Shown one piece after another: positions 17,887 to 26,166 of a DNA stretch of 63,068 bases. The notes below the pieces were generated by a model. That model was not told where the DNA came from and did not search any database. It saw nothing but the letters and a program-made list of their open reading frames with translations. Numbering within the stretch: position 1 is the stretch's first letter; the number at the start of each line of letters is the position of its first letter. The position numbers and the translations under genes were made by a program. Source of the stretch: a virus (taxonomy: Duplodnaviria; Caudoviricetes); IMG/VR virus record IMGVR_UViG_3300025325_000021, positions 1 through 63,068 of that record. One strand, 5' to 3'.

Positions 17887-18778
17887 CGTACACCCTGAGC
17901 GCGCTTTGTAAGATCAATCCTGCCAGTTGCAGATCGGGCTGGACTAAAAAAAGATCGGTCGTCGCAGCTATCTTTGTAGTAAAGATCAAGGGACCTGGAA
18001 GGGGAATAAAGAGCATGTCCGGTTTCATCCGAACCGTATAGATCTGCCAGTCTCGAAAAACGTCGAGGATCGCCAAAAAATGCCGGCCTGCGATCAAGTA
18101 AATATCTCCCTGTTCTGCGTCCCCTTCGCTTGTATGTAAGCCAAAATCCTTGAATTTGTCCAGGAGCAGTCCGCGGGCTTCGTCCGGCGTCAATTCCTGG
18201 TTCATCGCCGCGATAATTGCAGCAATGTTGTTCAGGTCCTGCAAATCCACAGATACGGGCATCGTCGATCCAGTCGGGTCTTCCAGGGCAAGAGTTTCGA
18301 GCACCTTGTAATAGCCCTGCGCATCCCAGAGGCGCATGATCTCGGAGATTTCAAAGTCTCCACCAGACATCGTCAGGTTGTTTGCGTCGATGGCGTAACT
18401 GCGTGCAAGAGCCTTGCTGGCTGCGTCCGTGCCAACGACGAGAGGCATAGCCCAATCCCCTGTCTCGATTACCTTCGCTAATCCCCTGGGGAGAAGCATC
18501 CTTTGCTGCTCCATCTTGAAAAGAGCCTCGATCCTGCCATTGCCGGATTTAATCCCACCATCCCCGCCGGAGACGTTAGTCAACTGGCCGTCGAACTTCG
18601 GCAAGTCCTGGAACCCATGTTTGACGATAGAGGCGATCACCCCCCCAATGTCGTGCAGCTTCGGGTTTTCGTCCCACAGCAGACCAATAGCGTCCTTGAC
18701 CCTGACCCAGATCAATTGAGGGGGATCATTAAATTCCAGTGTCGAGATATCGAGTTGGCGATCCAACGAGGAAGCCAT
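17861..18778 (-). CDS. ParB/Srx-like N-terminal domain protein
   Basis: 'WDENPKLHD....IASIVKHGF...IKSGNGRIEAL...YAIDANNL'; C-terminal 'QGDIYLIAGRHFL' resembles the linker of ParB-MTase fusions but MTase motifs are absent. Confidence 0.7.
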   Translation of the reverse strand: MASSLDRQLDISTLEFNDPPQLIWVRVKDAIGLLWDENPKLHDIGGVIASIVKHGFQDLPKFDGQLTNVSGGDGGIKSGNGRIEALFKMEQQRMLLPRGLAKVIETGDWAMPLVVGTDAASKALARSYAIDANNLTMSGGDFEISEIMRLWDAQGYYKVLETLALEDPTGSTMPVSVDLQDLNNIAAIIAAMNQELTPDEARGLLLDKFKDFGLHTSEGDAEQGDIYLIAGRHFLAILDVFRDWQIYTVRMKPDMLFIPLPGPLIFTTKIAATTDLFLVQPDLQLAGLILQSALRVYGESAIVKQ

Positions 18779-18808
18779 TTGTTTCCCTTCTCTGATGTGC
18801 CTCTCGGG

Positions 18809-18838
18809 ATGATACATCAGAAATGGGCAACCTGTCAA
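18809..18838 (-). promoter_or_regulatory. Leftward promoter for the modification/packaging operon
   Basis: TTGACA-18-TATCAT on the minus strand; shares TTGACAGGTT with the 7436 promoter. Confidence 0.6.
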
Positions 18839-18859
18839 GAACTGCTGTCAGATTGATAC

Positions 18860-18908
18860 TTGACATATTTTCTCAAATGGGATACAATATTACCAGGACA
18901 ACAGATCA
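18860..18908 (+). promoter_or_regulatory. Early promoter family copy P2
   Basis: TTGACA-17-TACAAT plus AGGACAACAGATCA. Confidence 0.85.
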
Positions 18909-18926
18909 GAGAAAGGACAGAGACCA

Positions 18927-19202
18927 ATGACTTGCAAAAACGGTTTTTTAGAGGAAGACGGCTACTGCACCCAATGTGGACAGAACCATTGGAAGAACCA
19001 GAAGAAACGCAGCTACGCCCCCCCTGCCCCGTCTGCAAAGGAAAAAACCAATGAAAACAAGGAAACTCAAAATCCAACCAGCAGGCGACCTGTATCGCCA
19101 GGCTACCGGCCAGCAAGCGGAGAAGTCCAGCCTGACGCTCTCCGGGAACTGGCTCCGGGAGCTCGGTTTTTAACCAGGCGAATACGTCATCATAGAAACT
19201 AA
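18927..19202 (+). CDS. Hypothetical protein with an N-terminal Cys motif
   Basis: First ATG after P2 and its RBS; 'CKNG...YCTQCG'. Confidence 0.45.
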   Translation: MTCKNGFLEEDGYCTQCGQNHWKNQKKRSYAPPAPSAKEKTNENKETQNPTSRRPVSPGYRPASGEVQPDALRELAPGARFLTRRIRHHRN

Positions 19203-19239
19203 GCCGGGAGAGGTTACCATCAAAAAAATTGCCCCTTGA
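19051..19239 (+). pseudogene. SymE/AbrB-fold small gene interrupted by an in-frame TAA at 19171
   Basis: MKTRKLKI...SLTLSGNWLRELGF*PGEYVIIETKPGEVTIKKIAP; the L.L.G.WL...GF..G..V.I....G.l.I pattern continues past the stop. Confidence 0.65.
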
Positions 19240-19284
19240 CAAATTTTCTCAAATGGGATACAATATTACCAGGACAACAGATCA
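19236..19284 (+). promoter_or_regulatory. Early promoter family copy P3
   Basis: TTGACA-17-TACAAT plus AGGACAACAGATCA. Confidence 0.85.
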
Positions 19285-19304
19285 AACGAGAGGAGACAAC
19301 GACA

Positions 19305-19782
19305 ATGACCAAGAAATGCTACACCCTACCGACCGGAATGAGTTCCAAAGCTGATCAATGATCTCCTGGAGGCCGGACAGACCTACTCCGCCAGCCTGCT
19401 CAACAAGAACCTGTTCGATTGGGCACGCTACCAGATCCGCAATGACCTGGGATGCGATATCTTCGGCGCACTGGTGTACGAGTTGGAAACAGTCGCTACC
19501 CTGCATGGGGAAACAGCCGATCTCCGAAGGGAAATTGAAGTCTTCTCGACCCGTTACGATGAGCGTATAAAACTCTATGAGGAGCGCATCAAGCAATATG
19601 AGGATCGGATCGAAGCACAGAAAAGCAACAACAATTTCATCTCGGAGCAGTTCGAAAAATGGCGCGATATCGCAGAACAGAGATACGCCGAGGCCGTTGA
19701 AGCACAGCGACAGGTGCAAGACCTGGAGTTGGCAGTCATCCGGCTCAAAGCTAAGCTGTACGACCTGGAGGTGACCAAGTAA
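19305..19782 (+). pseudogene. Coiled-coil early protein, apparently frameshifted near 19347-19350
   Basis: The RBS-led ATG at 19305 stops after 18 codons. The +1 frame is open from 19342 (LINDLLEAGQ...) to 19782. Confidence 0.5.
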
Positions 19783-19943
19783 AGAGATACCAGAAGAGGA
19801 GCGCCGGAGCTGCCTTCCCGGCGCTCCTCCTGGCTTCGCCGGTTCCTGCCCGCTGCCTCAGGGCGACAAAGAGGCGATGGGGATGAGAGCCACGACATCC
19901 CCGGCGGGCAGGAGCTTACGAGACTCCAGAAAGGGAGAACAAG

Positions 19944-20207
19944 ATGACAGAGAACGAAATGACGAATGGGGTAATAATCCTGGTCAAAGGAATGAGCTTT
20001 CCCCCGGGAACCAGAGTTGAGCGTGTCGGGGATTGGGTGTGGATCACCTTCCCCGAAAAGCCTTCCCTGGAGACCAGGGCAGCGTTGATCTCAGCCGGGT
20101 TTCACTGGATCGCCAAGCGCAGATCATGGGCGCATAACTGCGGCGTCAGGAGCGGCGGGAGCGAGAAAGATCCGAGGGAGAAATACGAAACGGAGGTAAT
20201 GCTATGA
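19944..20207 (+). CDS. Hypothetical protein
   Basis: GGGAG RBS; 'WVWITFPEKP..ETRAALISAGFHW..KRRSW'. Confidence 0.7.
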   Translation: MTENEMTNGVIILVKGMSFPPGTRVERVGDWVWITFPEKPSLETRAALISAGFHWIAKRRSWAHNCGVRSGGSEKDPREKYETEVML

Positions 20208-20614
20208 AATTTCATGTCCTGGGAGAAAGACCCAAAATGACGCCGAATGGCATCGCCATCCCCGCGGAGTGGACCATCTTCAACGCCCCGCGACCGCTTT
20301 ATGCCGGGAGCGTGACCATCCAAAACGAGGCGGGTGTATCGGTAGAAAAATACCTGGAATGGCAAGGGAAATTCCTGCACGGCATTTTCTATGCAGCCGT
20401 GGGACCCAATAACAGTTACGCCATCAAGCGCAACCAGGAGCTTGACGGGTGGGAGATCGTTTATCACAGCCGCGATTACCTCATGGCCTGGGCGCAACGA
20501 TATTATGAAACCCACTATCAGATCGAGGATATCACCCAGCACGAGGCGTTCGACGAGCGCCATGTATTGAGCTTCGTACTCGATAAACTTCAAGAACAAG
20601 AAAGGGAAATGTAA
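20204..20614 (+). CDS. Hypothetical protein
   Basis: GGAGG RBS, ATGA coupling. Confidence 0.7.
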   Translation: MKFHVLGERPKMTPNGIAIPAEWTIFNAPRPLYAGSVTIQNEAGVSVEKYLEWQGKFLHGIFYAAVGPNNSYAIKRNQELDGWEIVYHSRDYLMAWAQRYYETHYQIEDITQHEAFDERHVLSFVLDKLQEQEREM

Positions 20615-20616
20615 AA

Positions 20617-21060
20617 ATGAATACCAGAGGGCGGATTCAAGCAACAATCCTGTTTATAGCAATCTTGATTTTGGCGGCGCAGAGTACGGTCAGCGCTGCC
20701 TGCCCCGGCTGTCCGGTTCCCACAAAAACCGTTCAGCCGAGCACGACCCATACGGAGACGCCGATCCCCAGCCTGACGGCAACGGAGACAGTCATCCCCA
20801 GTCTAACGGCAACAGCCAGTCCGGACCCAACAGCGACGGAAACGGTCGTTCCCAGCTTGACGGCGACGGCCACAGTAAGCGATAATCCAATCGGCGAAAC
20901 GCCGCAACCAAAAGCAACCGTCACTGCCCTGCCCGAGACCGGGATATTCGATGGTGACATCGGATTCAACGGGCTGGTACTGCTCGGACTGGCGTTTGCT
21001 GGACTGGCGCTGATTGCCAGGGCGATCAGGACAGAGGTAAATCGTGTACGTCGTAACTGA
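20617..21060 (+). CDS. Secreted Pro/Thr-rich protein with an LPxTG-type (LPETG) sorting signal
   Basis: Signal peptide (basic N-terminus, hydrophobic core, VSA-A), TET(P/V)(I/V)PSLTA repeats, LPETG, hydrophobic helix, basic tail RVRRN. Confidence 0.75.
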   Translation: MNTRGRIQATILFIAILILAAQSTVSAACPGCPVPTKTVQPSTTHTETPIPSLTATETVIPSLTATASPDPTATETVVPSLTATATVSDNPIGETPQPKATVTALPETGIFDGDIGFNGLVLLGLAFAGLALIARAIRTEVNRVRRN

Positions 21061-21250
21061 GACTGCGTTCATTGCCATGTTCATCCTGGCAGGGATCGGG
21101 CTTTTGACGCTCATGGTCATCGCTGATCGCGAGCTTGCCCGTGTCGATTGGCACTCCCTGTTCCAAAAAATCCTAAAGCAGATAATTGAAACCCTCCTGA
21201 CTGTCGCTGATACTCTGGAGGAAAAAATCGACGAAAGGACAAAACCATGA
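21044..21250 (+). CDS. Small membrane protein
   Basis: GAGG RBS, N-terminal hydrophobic helix. Confidence 0.55.
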   Translation: MYVVTETAFIAMFILAGIGLLTLMVIADRELARVDWHSLFQKILKQIIETLLTVADTLEEKIDERTKP

Positions 21251-21957
21251 ACCTGAGAAAAATAGCTCTTGAGGAATGGGCAAAAACCCAGCATGACCGC
21301 GAAGAACGGGACAGCGAGGATCGCGAAAGATTCCGAGCCTACGCTGCAAGGAAGCTCTCTGATATGCTGAGGGTAGATGCTCAAGAGATCATCAAGAACG
21401 TAAACCTGGACAACCAATTCCTGGTCGGGGAGCTGCTTATCCAGGCTAGGCGCGTCGCTTCGGGCGAAGTTGATTTCAGAATCCTTCTCCCCTGCCCCGA
21501 CTGTGGACTCAACGTCTGGTCACGCCCGTTCTACGGGCTGAGCGACCTGGGAGAGGTCATCGAGAACAGCATCACCGATTATACGCACGTCTGCAGAAGT
21601 GAAGCTGTCCACAAACCGAGCTGGATGATCACCAGCGATGAAATCGACATTGCGTATAACGAGCTGCTTACCGCAACCGTATCCCACCGCAAGGCGCAGA
21701 CGGAGTACCAGGATCACCGCGAGGCCCGTAAGAAAACCTACCTGCTCAAGCTCGCCTCCGGGGAGATCGTCGGCAAAAACGAGAACGAGCGCGAGGCTGC
21801 CCACCGAGCCTTCGATCCCCTGCTTTACGCGGACGAGGAAACTGCCCGCGAGTTCGCCGCCAATGCAGAATTGACTTACGAGATGGCAAAAATCCGTGTT
21901 GGGCGCATCCGCGCCCTGCTCGCCTTTGCCCGCCTTGATATCCTGCCGGAGCCATGA
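21247..21957 (+). CDS. Hypothetical protein with CxxC
   Basis: AAGGA RBS, coupled; 'PCPDCG'. Confidence 0.7.
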   Translation: MNLRKIALEEWAKTQHDREERDSEDRERFRAYAARKLSDMLRVDAQEIIKNVNLDNQFLVGELLIQARRVASGEVDFRILLPCPDCGLNVWSRPFYGLSDLGEVIENSITDYTHVCRSEAVHKPSWMITSDEIDIAYNELLTATVSHRKAQTEYQDHREARKKTYLLKLASGEIVGKNENEREAAHRAFDPLLYADEETAREFAANAELTYEMAKIRVGRIRALLAFARLDILPEP

Positions 21958-22007
21958 TATAATTACTGCCGTCTGTCTCCGTGGGGGCGAGACTGATCTG
22001 TGTCCTA

Positions 22008-22041
22008 GCCCGGCGGCTTGATCCCCGCCGGGCGCTTCTTT
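22008..22041 (+). terminator. Putative intrinsic terminator before P4
   Basis: GCCCGGCGG-loop-CCGCCGGGC followed by GCTTCTTT. Confidence 0.5.
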
Positions 22042-22055
22042 GTCAAGATTGCCCC

Positions 22056-22104
22056 TTGACATATTTTCTAATCTAGGCTATAATAAATTCAGGACAACAG
22101 ATCA
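22056..22104 (+). promoter_or_regulatory. Early promoter family copy P4
   Basis: TTGACA-17-TATAAT plus AGGACAACAGATCA and a GGAG RBS. Confidence 0.85.
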
Positions 22105-22120
22105 AACGAAGGAGACCTAA

Positions 22121-23333
22121 GTAAACTACGTCCCCGCTGAAGCGGGGAGCATTTGGACCTAACCCGAAAGGATTGATCCCAACGGTTGGTTTACAACAGC
22201 CCTGGCTGCAATATTTACAGCCGCATTGTGGTCCGCTGGCGCAGAGTAACCACAGGACACACAGGAGAAAGTAGATTGATTGGGTCGATTTGCTTTATCA
22301 ACACAACCACATACCGGACAAGTCTGGCTTGTGTATTTCGGATCAACGAAGATCACCGGAACACCCGCCAGCTCAGCCTTGTAAGCAATATAGCTCCGAA
22401 GCTGATAGAACGACCAGTTAGCGTGCTTGCTTCTCTGCTTGCGTCTAACAGGAGCCTCACGGATTCCGCTCAAATCTTCAAGAGCGATAGCCCGTTGAGT
22501 GTCTTGCGCTTTTTGAACAAGACGCTTGCTGATCGTGTGGTTGGTATTACTTTGAAACCTGGCCTGCTTGCCGGAGATTTTCTTGAGTTTATGTTTTGCC
22601 GATTTGGTTTGCTTCTTCTGAAGGTTCTTACGGCGATGCTCGAATTTGCGGCGGTTATCATCGACTACCTCGCCGGTGAACTGCTCACCGTCGCTATCAA
22701 CTGCCAGATTGACTATTCCAAGATCACAACCGAGAACGTCGTGAACGTCCTGCGGTTCTGGCGTCTCAACGTCACAGGTGGCAAGCAAGTAGAAATCGCC
22801 TTTGATAAGAGCGAGATCGCTTTCTCCACGCTGGCCCTGAAGCATCTCTTTTTGTCTTGCCCCGCAAACAAACGAGACGCGCTGGCGACCTTCGACCGTC
22901 CAGATCGAGACCTCATACAGGTCAACGTACCACTTAAGAATACGACTATCGAAAGCAATCGCTCCGGTCGATTTAAAAGTCCGTCTCACTTTTCGGTCGA
23001 TCTTATAGCTGTCAACAACCTTGGAGATGCAGCGGATAACAACCTGAGCGGTGAGGTTGAATTGTTCACGAACGTCGTAGTAAACCAATTTGTGCAGCGG
23101 TACACGGGAAAATCTTTTATGCTCCCATGCCTGTTCGGAAATATAGTTGCAAGCAGCATTAGCCGTCTCAAGCGTTTGTTTGAGAGCAGAGAATTGTTCA
23201 GGTGTTGGTTGAAGCTTGACCTTTGCGGTGAGTTTCATACCCGTATTATATCACAGTTCGTCAATCTGTTGAAAGTAAAGGAGGCCGCTTTCCTCTCCCC
23301 CATGAATGGGGGAGTGTCCAGCGGAATTTTTCT
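22121..23333 (-). mobile_element. IS200/IS605-family element, tnpB only (IS1341-like)
   Basis: Subterminal hairpins TCCCCGCT-GA-AGCGGGGA (right end, finishing TTAC on the minus strand) and CTCCCCCAT-GA-ATGGGGGAG (left end, starting AGAAAAA after TCAT). Removing it restores GGAG-acctaa-ATG. Confidence 0.85.
22159..23238 (-). CDS. tnpB: RNA-guided endonuclease TnpB
   Basis: RuvC-I 'LGCDLG', RuvC-II 'IALEDL', zinc finger 'SQTCPVCG..FSCVSCG', RuvC-III 'ADHNAAVNI'; D-E-D triad intact; TATAAT 6 nt before ATG suggests a leaderless mRNA. Confidence 0.95.
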   Translation of the reverse strand: MKLTAKVKLQPTPEQFSALKQTLETANAACNYISEQAWEHKRFSRVPLHKLVYYDVREQFNLTAQVVIRCISKVVDSYKIDRKVRRTFKSTGAIAFDSRILKWYVDLYEVSIWTVEGRQRVSFVCGARQKEMLQGQRGESDLALIKGDFYLLATCDVETPEPQDVHDVLGCDLGIVNLAVDSDGEQFTGEVVDDNRRKFEHRRKNLQKKQTKSAKHKLKKISGKQARFQSNTNHTISKRLVQKAQDTQRAIALEDLSGIREAPVRRKQRSKHANWSFYQLRSYIAYKAELAGVPVIFVDPKYTSQTCPVCGCVDKANRPNQSTFSCVSCGYSAPADHNAAVNIAARAVVNQPLGSILSG

Positions 23334-23588
23334 ATGACTACCACAATCGAGTACCACCAGGCAATGATCAAAACCACTCTGGTCAACGTAAGTCTGGAGC
23401 TTCCCGAATACGAGGGGCGCTCCTGGAGCGATGCGGAGATCAAAGAGGTCCTGGCGGGCGTAAAGCTGCCGGAGAATTTAGAACTCGGCCAGGCCCGCTT
23501 AGTTAATCTGGCTATCGGCTTCGTTACGATCAAAGACAACCAGGCGCATGTGCCCTGTGCACTGCGCTTCGAGGAAATCATCGGGTAA
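23334..23588 (+). CDS. Hypothetical early protein whose RBS is displaced by the IS
   Basis: ATG sits immediately at the IS boundary. Confidence 0.65.
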   Translation: MTTTIEYHQAMIKTTLVNVSLELPEYEGRSWSDAEIKEVLAGVKLPENLELGQARLVNLAIGFVTIKDNQAHVPCALRFEEIIG

Positions 23589-23598
23589 GAGGCTTAAA

Positions 23599-23865
23599 AT
23601 GGACGCAGTAAAACTCTTGTGTGAAGAAACAATGAAAGCAGCAGTCCTGATCCTGCGTGATCGGGGAATTGCCAACGGAGCAGACCCCGCCAAGTTATCC
23701 GCTGACCTGCGATCCACGTTACGTGCAGAGATCGACCGGGTAATGGCTGAATGGCAAGAGGCTATTGGTGCTAACCTGGGTGAGGCCTGGCTGCGAGAGA
23801 TGATGAATATCCAGTGCAACGAACTGGCGCTCAAGGCGCTGCGTGCCGGGGAATGGATCAGTTGA
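23599..23865 (+). CDS. Hypothetical protein
   Basis: GAGG RBS. Confidence 0.6.
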   Translation: MDAVKLLCEETMKAAVLILRDRGIANGADPAKLSADLRSTLRAEIDRVMAEWQEAIGANLGEAWLREMMNIQCNELALKALRAGEWIS

Positions 23866-23891
23866 TCACTCCGTACAATCCCAAAGGTGAC

Positions 23892-24323
23892 ATGGTCAAA
23901 GAAATCCTGGGGCGTCCTGTCGAGCTCCGCATGGTCATATTCGTTCACTCCCTGACCTGCACCGAGAGGACAGCCCGAATGGAGATGGAGCGTGCCGAGT
24001 GGGAGGCGACCTGGCCTCGTTACTGCCGGTCATGTGGCGGCTACGGGACAATGGAGTCCGGCGGCGACTGGGTCCCTTACGGCTCAGGGAATACGCGACT
24101 TCCATCCTACCCTGAACCCTGCTCGACCTGCGGCGAAGCCGGTCTTTGCCCCCGCTGCGGAGAACAGGTTGCCCACGACGCCGAATCTTCGGAGAACTTC
24201 TTTGAAGGCGAGGCCGCCTGCCCGTTCTGCGGTTGGTGCTGGGGAAAGAATCCCGGCGATGTTCTCCCTGAGGAACCGGAGTGCCACTGCTTCGAAATGG
24301 CGCACGGGTTCAGGGATTATTAG
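23892..24323 (+). CDS. Multi-CxxC zinc-binding protein (start uncertain)
   Basis: CRSC, CSTC, CPRC, CPFC. Confidence 0.65.
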   Translation: MVKEILGRPVELRMVIFVHSLTCTERTARMEMERAEWEATWPRYCRSCGGYGTMESGGDWVPYGSGNTRLPSYPEPCSTCGEAGLCPRCGEQVAHDAESSENFFEGEAACPFCGWCWGKNPGDVLPEEPECHCFEMAHGFRDY

Positions 24324-24342
24324 AAACGAGAGGAGTCACGAC

Positions 24343-24450
24343 ATGTTTGAGGGATATTCCGTTATGCAGGTTGCCTGGCTGGGTTATTGCCTGATCGGGC
24401 TACTCGTCATCTGTGCCCTGGGCATCTATGCAGTCATCACCGGGCGATGA
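24343..24450 (+). CDS. Small membrane peptide
   Basis: AGGAG RBS; MFEGYSVMQVAWLGYCLIGLLVICALGIYAVITGR. Confidence 0.5.
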   Translation: MFEGYSVMQVAWLGYCLIGLLVICALGIYAVITGR

Positions 24451-24824
24451 GCAAGTACAACCGCAGGGGAGGCGCTCCGGTCACGATGGGGTATGTCCAG
24501 GGAGTGCGGGAGAATTACCCGCCCCAGTACCTGCATCCAAAATATCTAGTCTTCATCGAGCGGGCGCTGAATCTGAACCTCGAAGTCATCCTATACATGC
24601 CACAAGACAGCGTGTCCAAGTACGTGACCGTGAGACGCAAAGGAAAACGATTCAAAGTCAGGTTCAGCAACCATGTTCCAATCAAGTACCTTGAAGCGCA
24701 AAAATCCTGCGACTTCTTCGTCGGGGTAACGAACTTCGGCGTAACCAATACCGACCAGGCATGGACAGCCATGCTTAAGCATTTCAAGATCAAGGAGCAT
24801 ACGAATGAAAGTGACAAGCAGTAA
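24447..24824 (+). CDS. Hypothetical protein
   Basis: ATGA coupling; 'SKYVTV...FKVRFSNH'. Confidence 0.6.
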   Translation: MSKYNRRGGAPVTMGYVQGVRENYPPQYLHPKYLVFIERALNLNLEVILYMPQDSVSKYVTVRRKGKRFKVRFSNHVPIKYLEAQKSCDFFVGVTNFGVTNTDQAWTAMLKHFKIKEHTNESDKQ

Positions 24825-25020
24825 CTTCAAAGATTCAAAGTACAGCAAAGCCATTGTGGGGCGGCGCAGGGATAGGGAATATCCCCTGTGTTCTTCCGCC
24901 TCCGGCTGCCCCACTGCACGATACGTGGGCGGCACCAGCCGGTACCTGTGCGAGTGCAAAGACCCAACAAGCTGCCCGGGCGTCCTGCTGGCAGCCAGCC
25001 TGTACGAGGAGGCGGTCTGA
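24805..25020 (+). CDS. Small Cys-rich (SWIM-like) protein
   Basis: AAGGAG RBS; 'YLCECKDPTSCPGVLLA'. Confidence 0.5.
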   Translation: MKVTSSNFKDSKYSKAIVGRRRDREYPLCSSASGCPTARYVGGTSRYLCECKDPTSCPGVLLAASLYEEAV

Positions 25021-26030
25021 TGTTAAAACTCACAAAAGCACAAATGAAGGACCGTGACCGGATCGAAGCCTGGCTCAAGGGCGAGCCGTTCCGGGAGAAC
25101 AGCCGGGACAAGAACCCCAAAGTCCCCGAGTTGAGCGCAGATCAAATCCTGGAAACCTACGTCCCGGAGTGGATCTCCGATGGTGCCAAGTATTACACCC
25201 CGCGGGAAATGGCCTTGTGGTTAGGCCAGAGCACGGACGTCGCCATTGATCCGCGTTATCCGTTCCACCTACTCGAACCCTGCGCGGGGATCGGCAACCT
25301 GCTCCAGCCGTGGGCTGACCAGACTTCCGCCAGCATCTTCGCTTATGACCTTGACCCGGAAGCCGTCGAAATTGGACGCAAGCTCTTCCCCTTGGTTGAA
25401 TGGCATCGTGCGTCCGTGTTGGACGATTTTGAGGCGCACCGGTCGAAATATGACATGGTGGTGATGAACCCGCCGATTGGCATCTCCTGGGGGACGGCAG
25501 GCGGGATGGCGAACAGCGCAACCGGAGCAGTCAAGTCCGAGCATTTGTTTCTGGAGTTCGCCGTCCATGCCCTGAAACCTGGAGGCGTCCTTGCCGCTCT
25601 GGCTACCTACAATTGGATAGACCGACTCCCCAAGAAACTGCGGGCATGGTTCGATGAGCGGGTCGAGACAGTAGATATTGATGACCTGGGAGAAGCGCCG
25701 GGCGAATTCCGCTTCACCAAGATCACGGTTCACGGCTGGGTCATCCGGCGCAACGAAAGACATCACCCGCAAATGAAGCAGTTCCGGGAAACCGAGGTAA
25801 AAGCAGCCATTCCCCCGAACGCGGTGCATGTCCCTCATTCAGTCTACGACGCGCTGGCAACCGTCGAGCGAGGCGAATACCTGGCGTCTGTCAAACGAAC
25901 CACCGCTATACTTAAAGCCAGTGGCTTCCGGAAGATCGCCAAGTGGGTCGAAAGTCACCCCCTGGAGTATGGCCAGGGGTATTGGATGGGATTCGTGTCC
26001 GATGACAAGCCGCTGCTTTTGCTGAGCTAA
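25020..26030 (+). CDS. N6-adenine/N4-cytosine DNA methyltransferase
   Basis: 'YYTPREMA', motif I 'LLEPCAGIG', motif IV 'VVMNPPI', 'ALKPGG'. Confidence 0.85.
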   Translation: MLKLTKAQMKDRDRIEAWLKGEPFRENSRDKNPKVPELSADQILETYVPEWISDGAKYYTPREMALWLGQSTDVAIDPRYPFHLLEPCAGIGNLLQPWADQTSASIFAYDLDPEAVEIGRKLFPLVEWHRASVLDDFEAHRSKYDMVVMNPPIGISWGTAGGMANSATGAVKSEHLFLEFAVHALKPGGVLAALATYNWIDRLPKKLRAWFDERVETVDIDDLGEAPGEFRFTKITVHGWVIRRNERHHPQMKQFRETEVKAAIPPNAVHVPHSVYDALATVERGEYLASVKRTTAILKASGFRKIAKWVESHPLEYGQGYWMGFVSDDKPLLLLS

Positions 26031-26166
26031 AGCACTTCCCCGCCTGAGGGGGGCAGGCGGGGATAGGGAGAACACGACGTATCGGGTTCTGTGCTGATAA
26101 TAGCACTGGACTCACGTTTTGTCAATAATTGACAAGAGAGGAAAATTTGATGGAAAGGAAAATTTG

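Noticed and set aside
19171-19173. Genome-wide stop-codon reassignment
   Set aside because: TAA, TAG and TGA all end well-supported genes, and long genes are intact under the standard code.
22186-23337. 383-aa + strand ORF antisense to tnpB
   Set aside because: It is a shadow of the tnpB frame, confined to the IS, with no RBS-linked start and no recognisable motifs.
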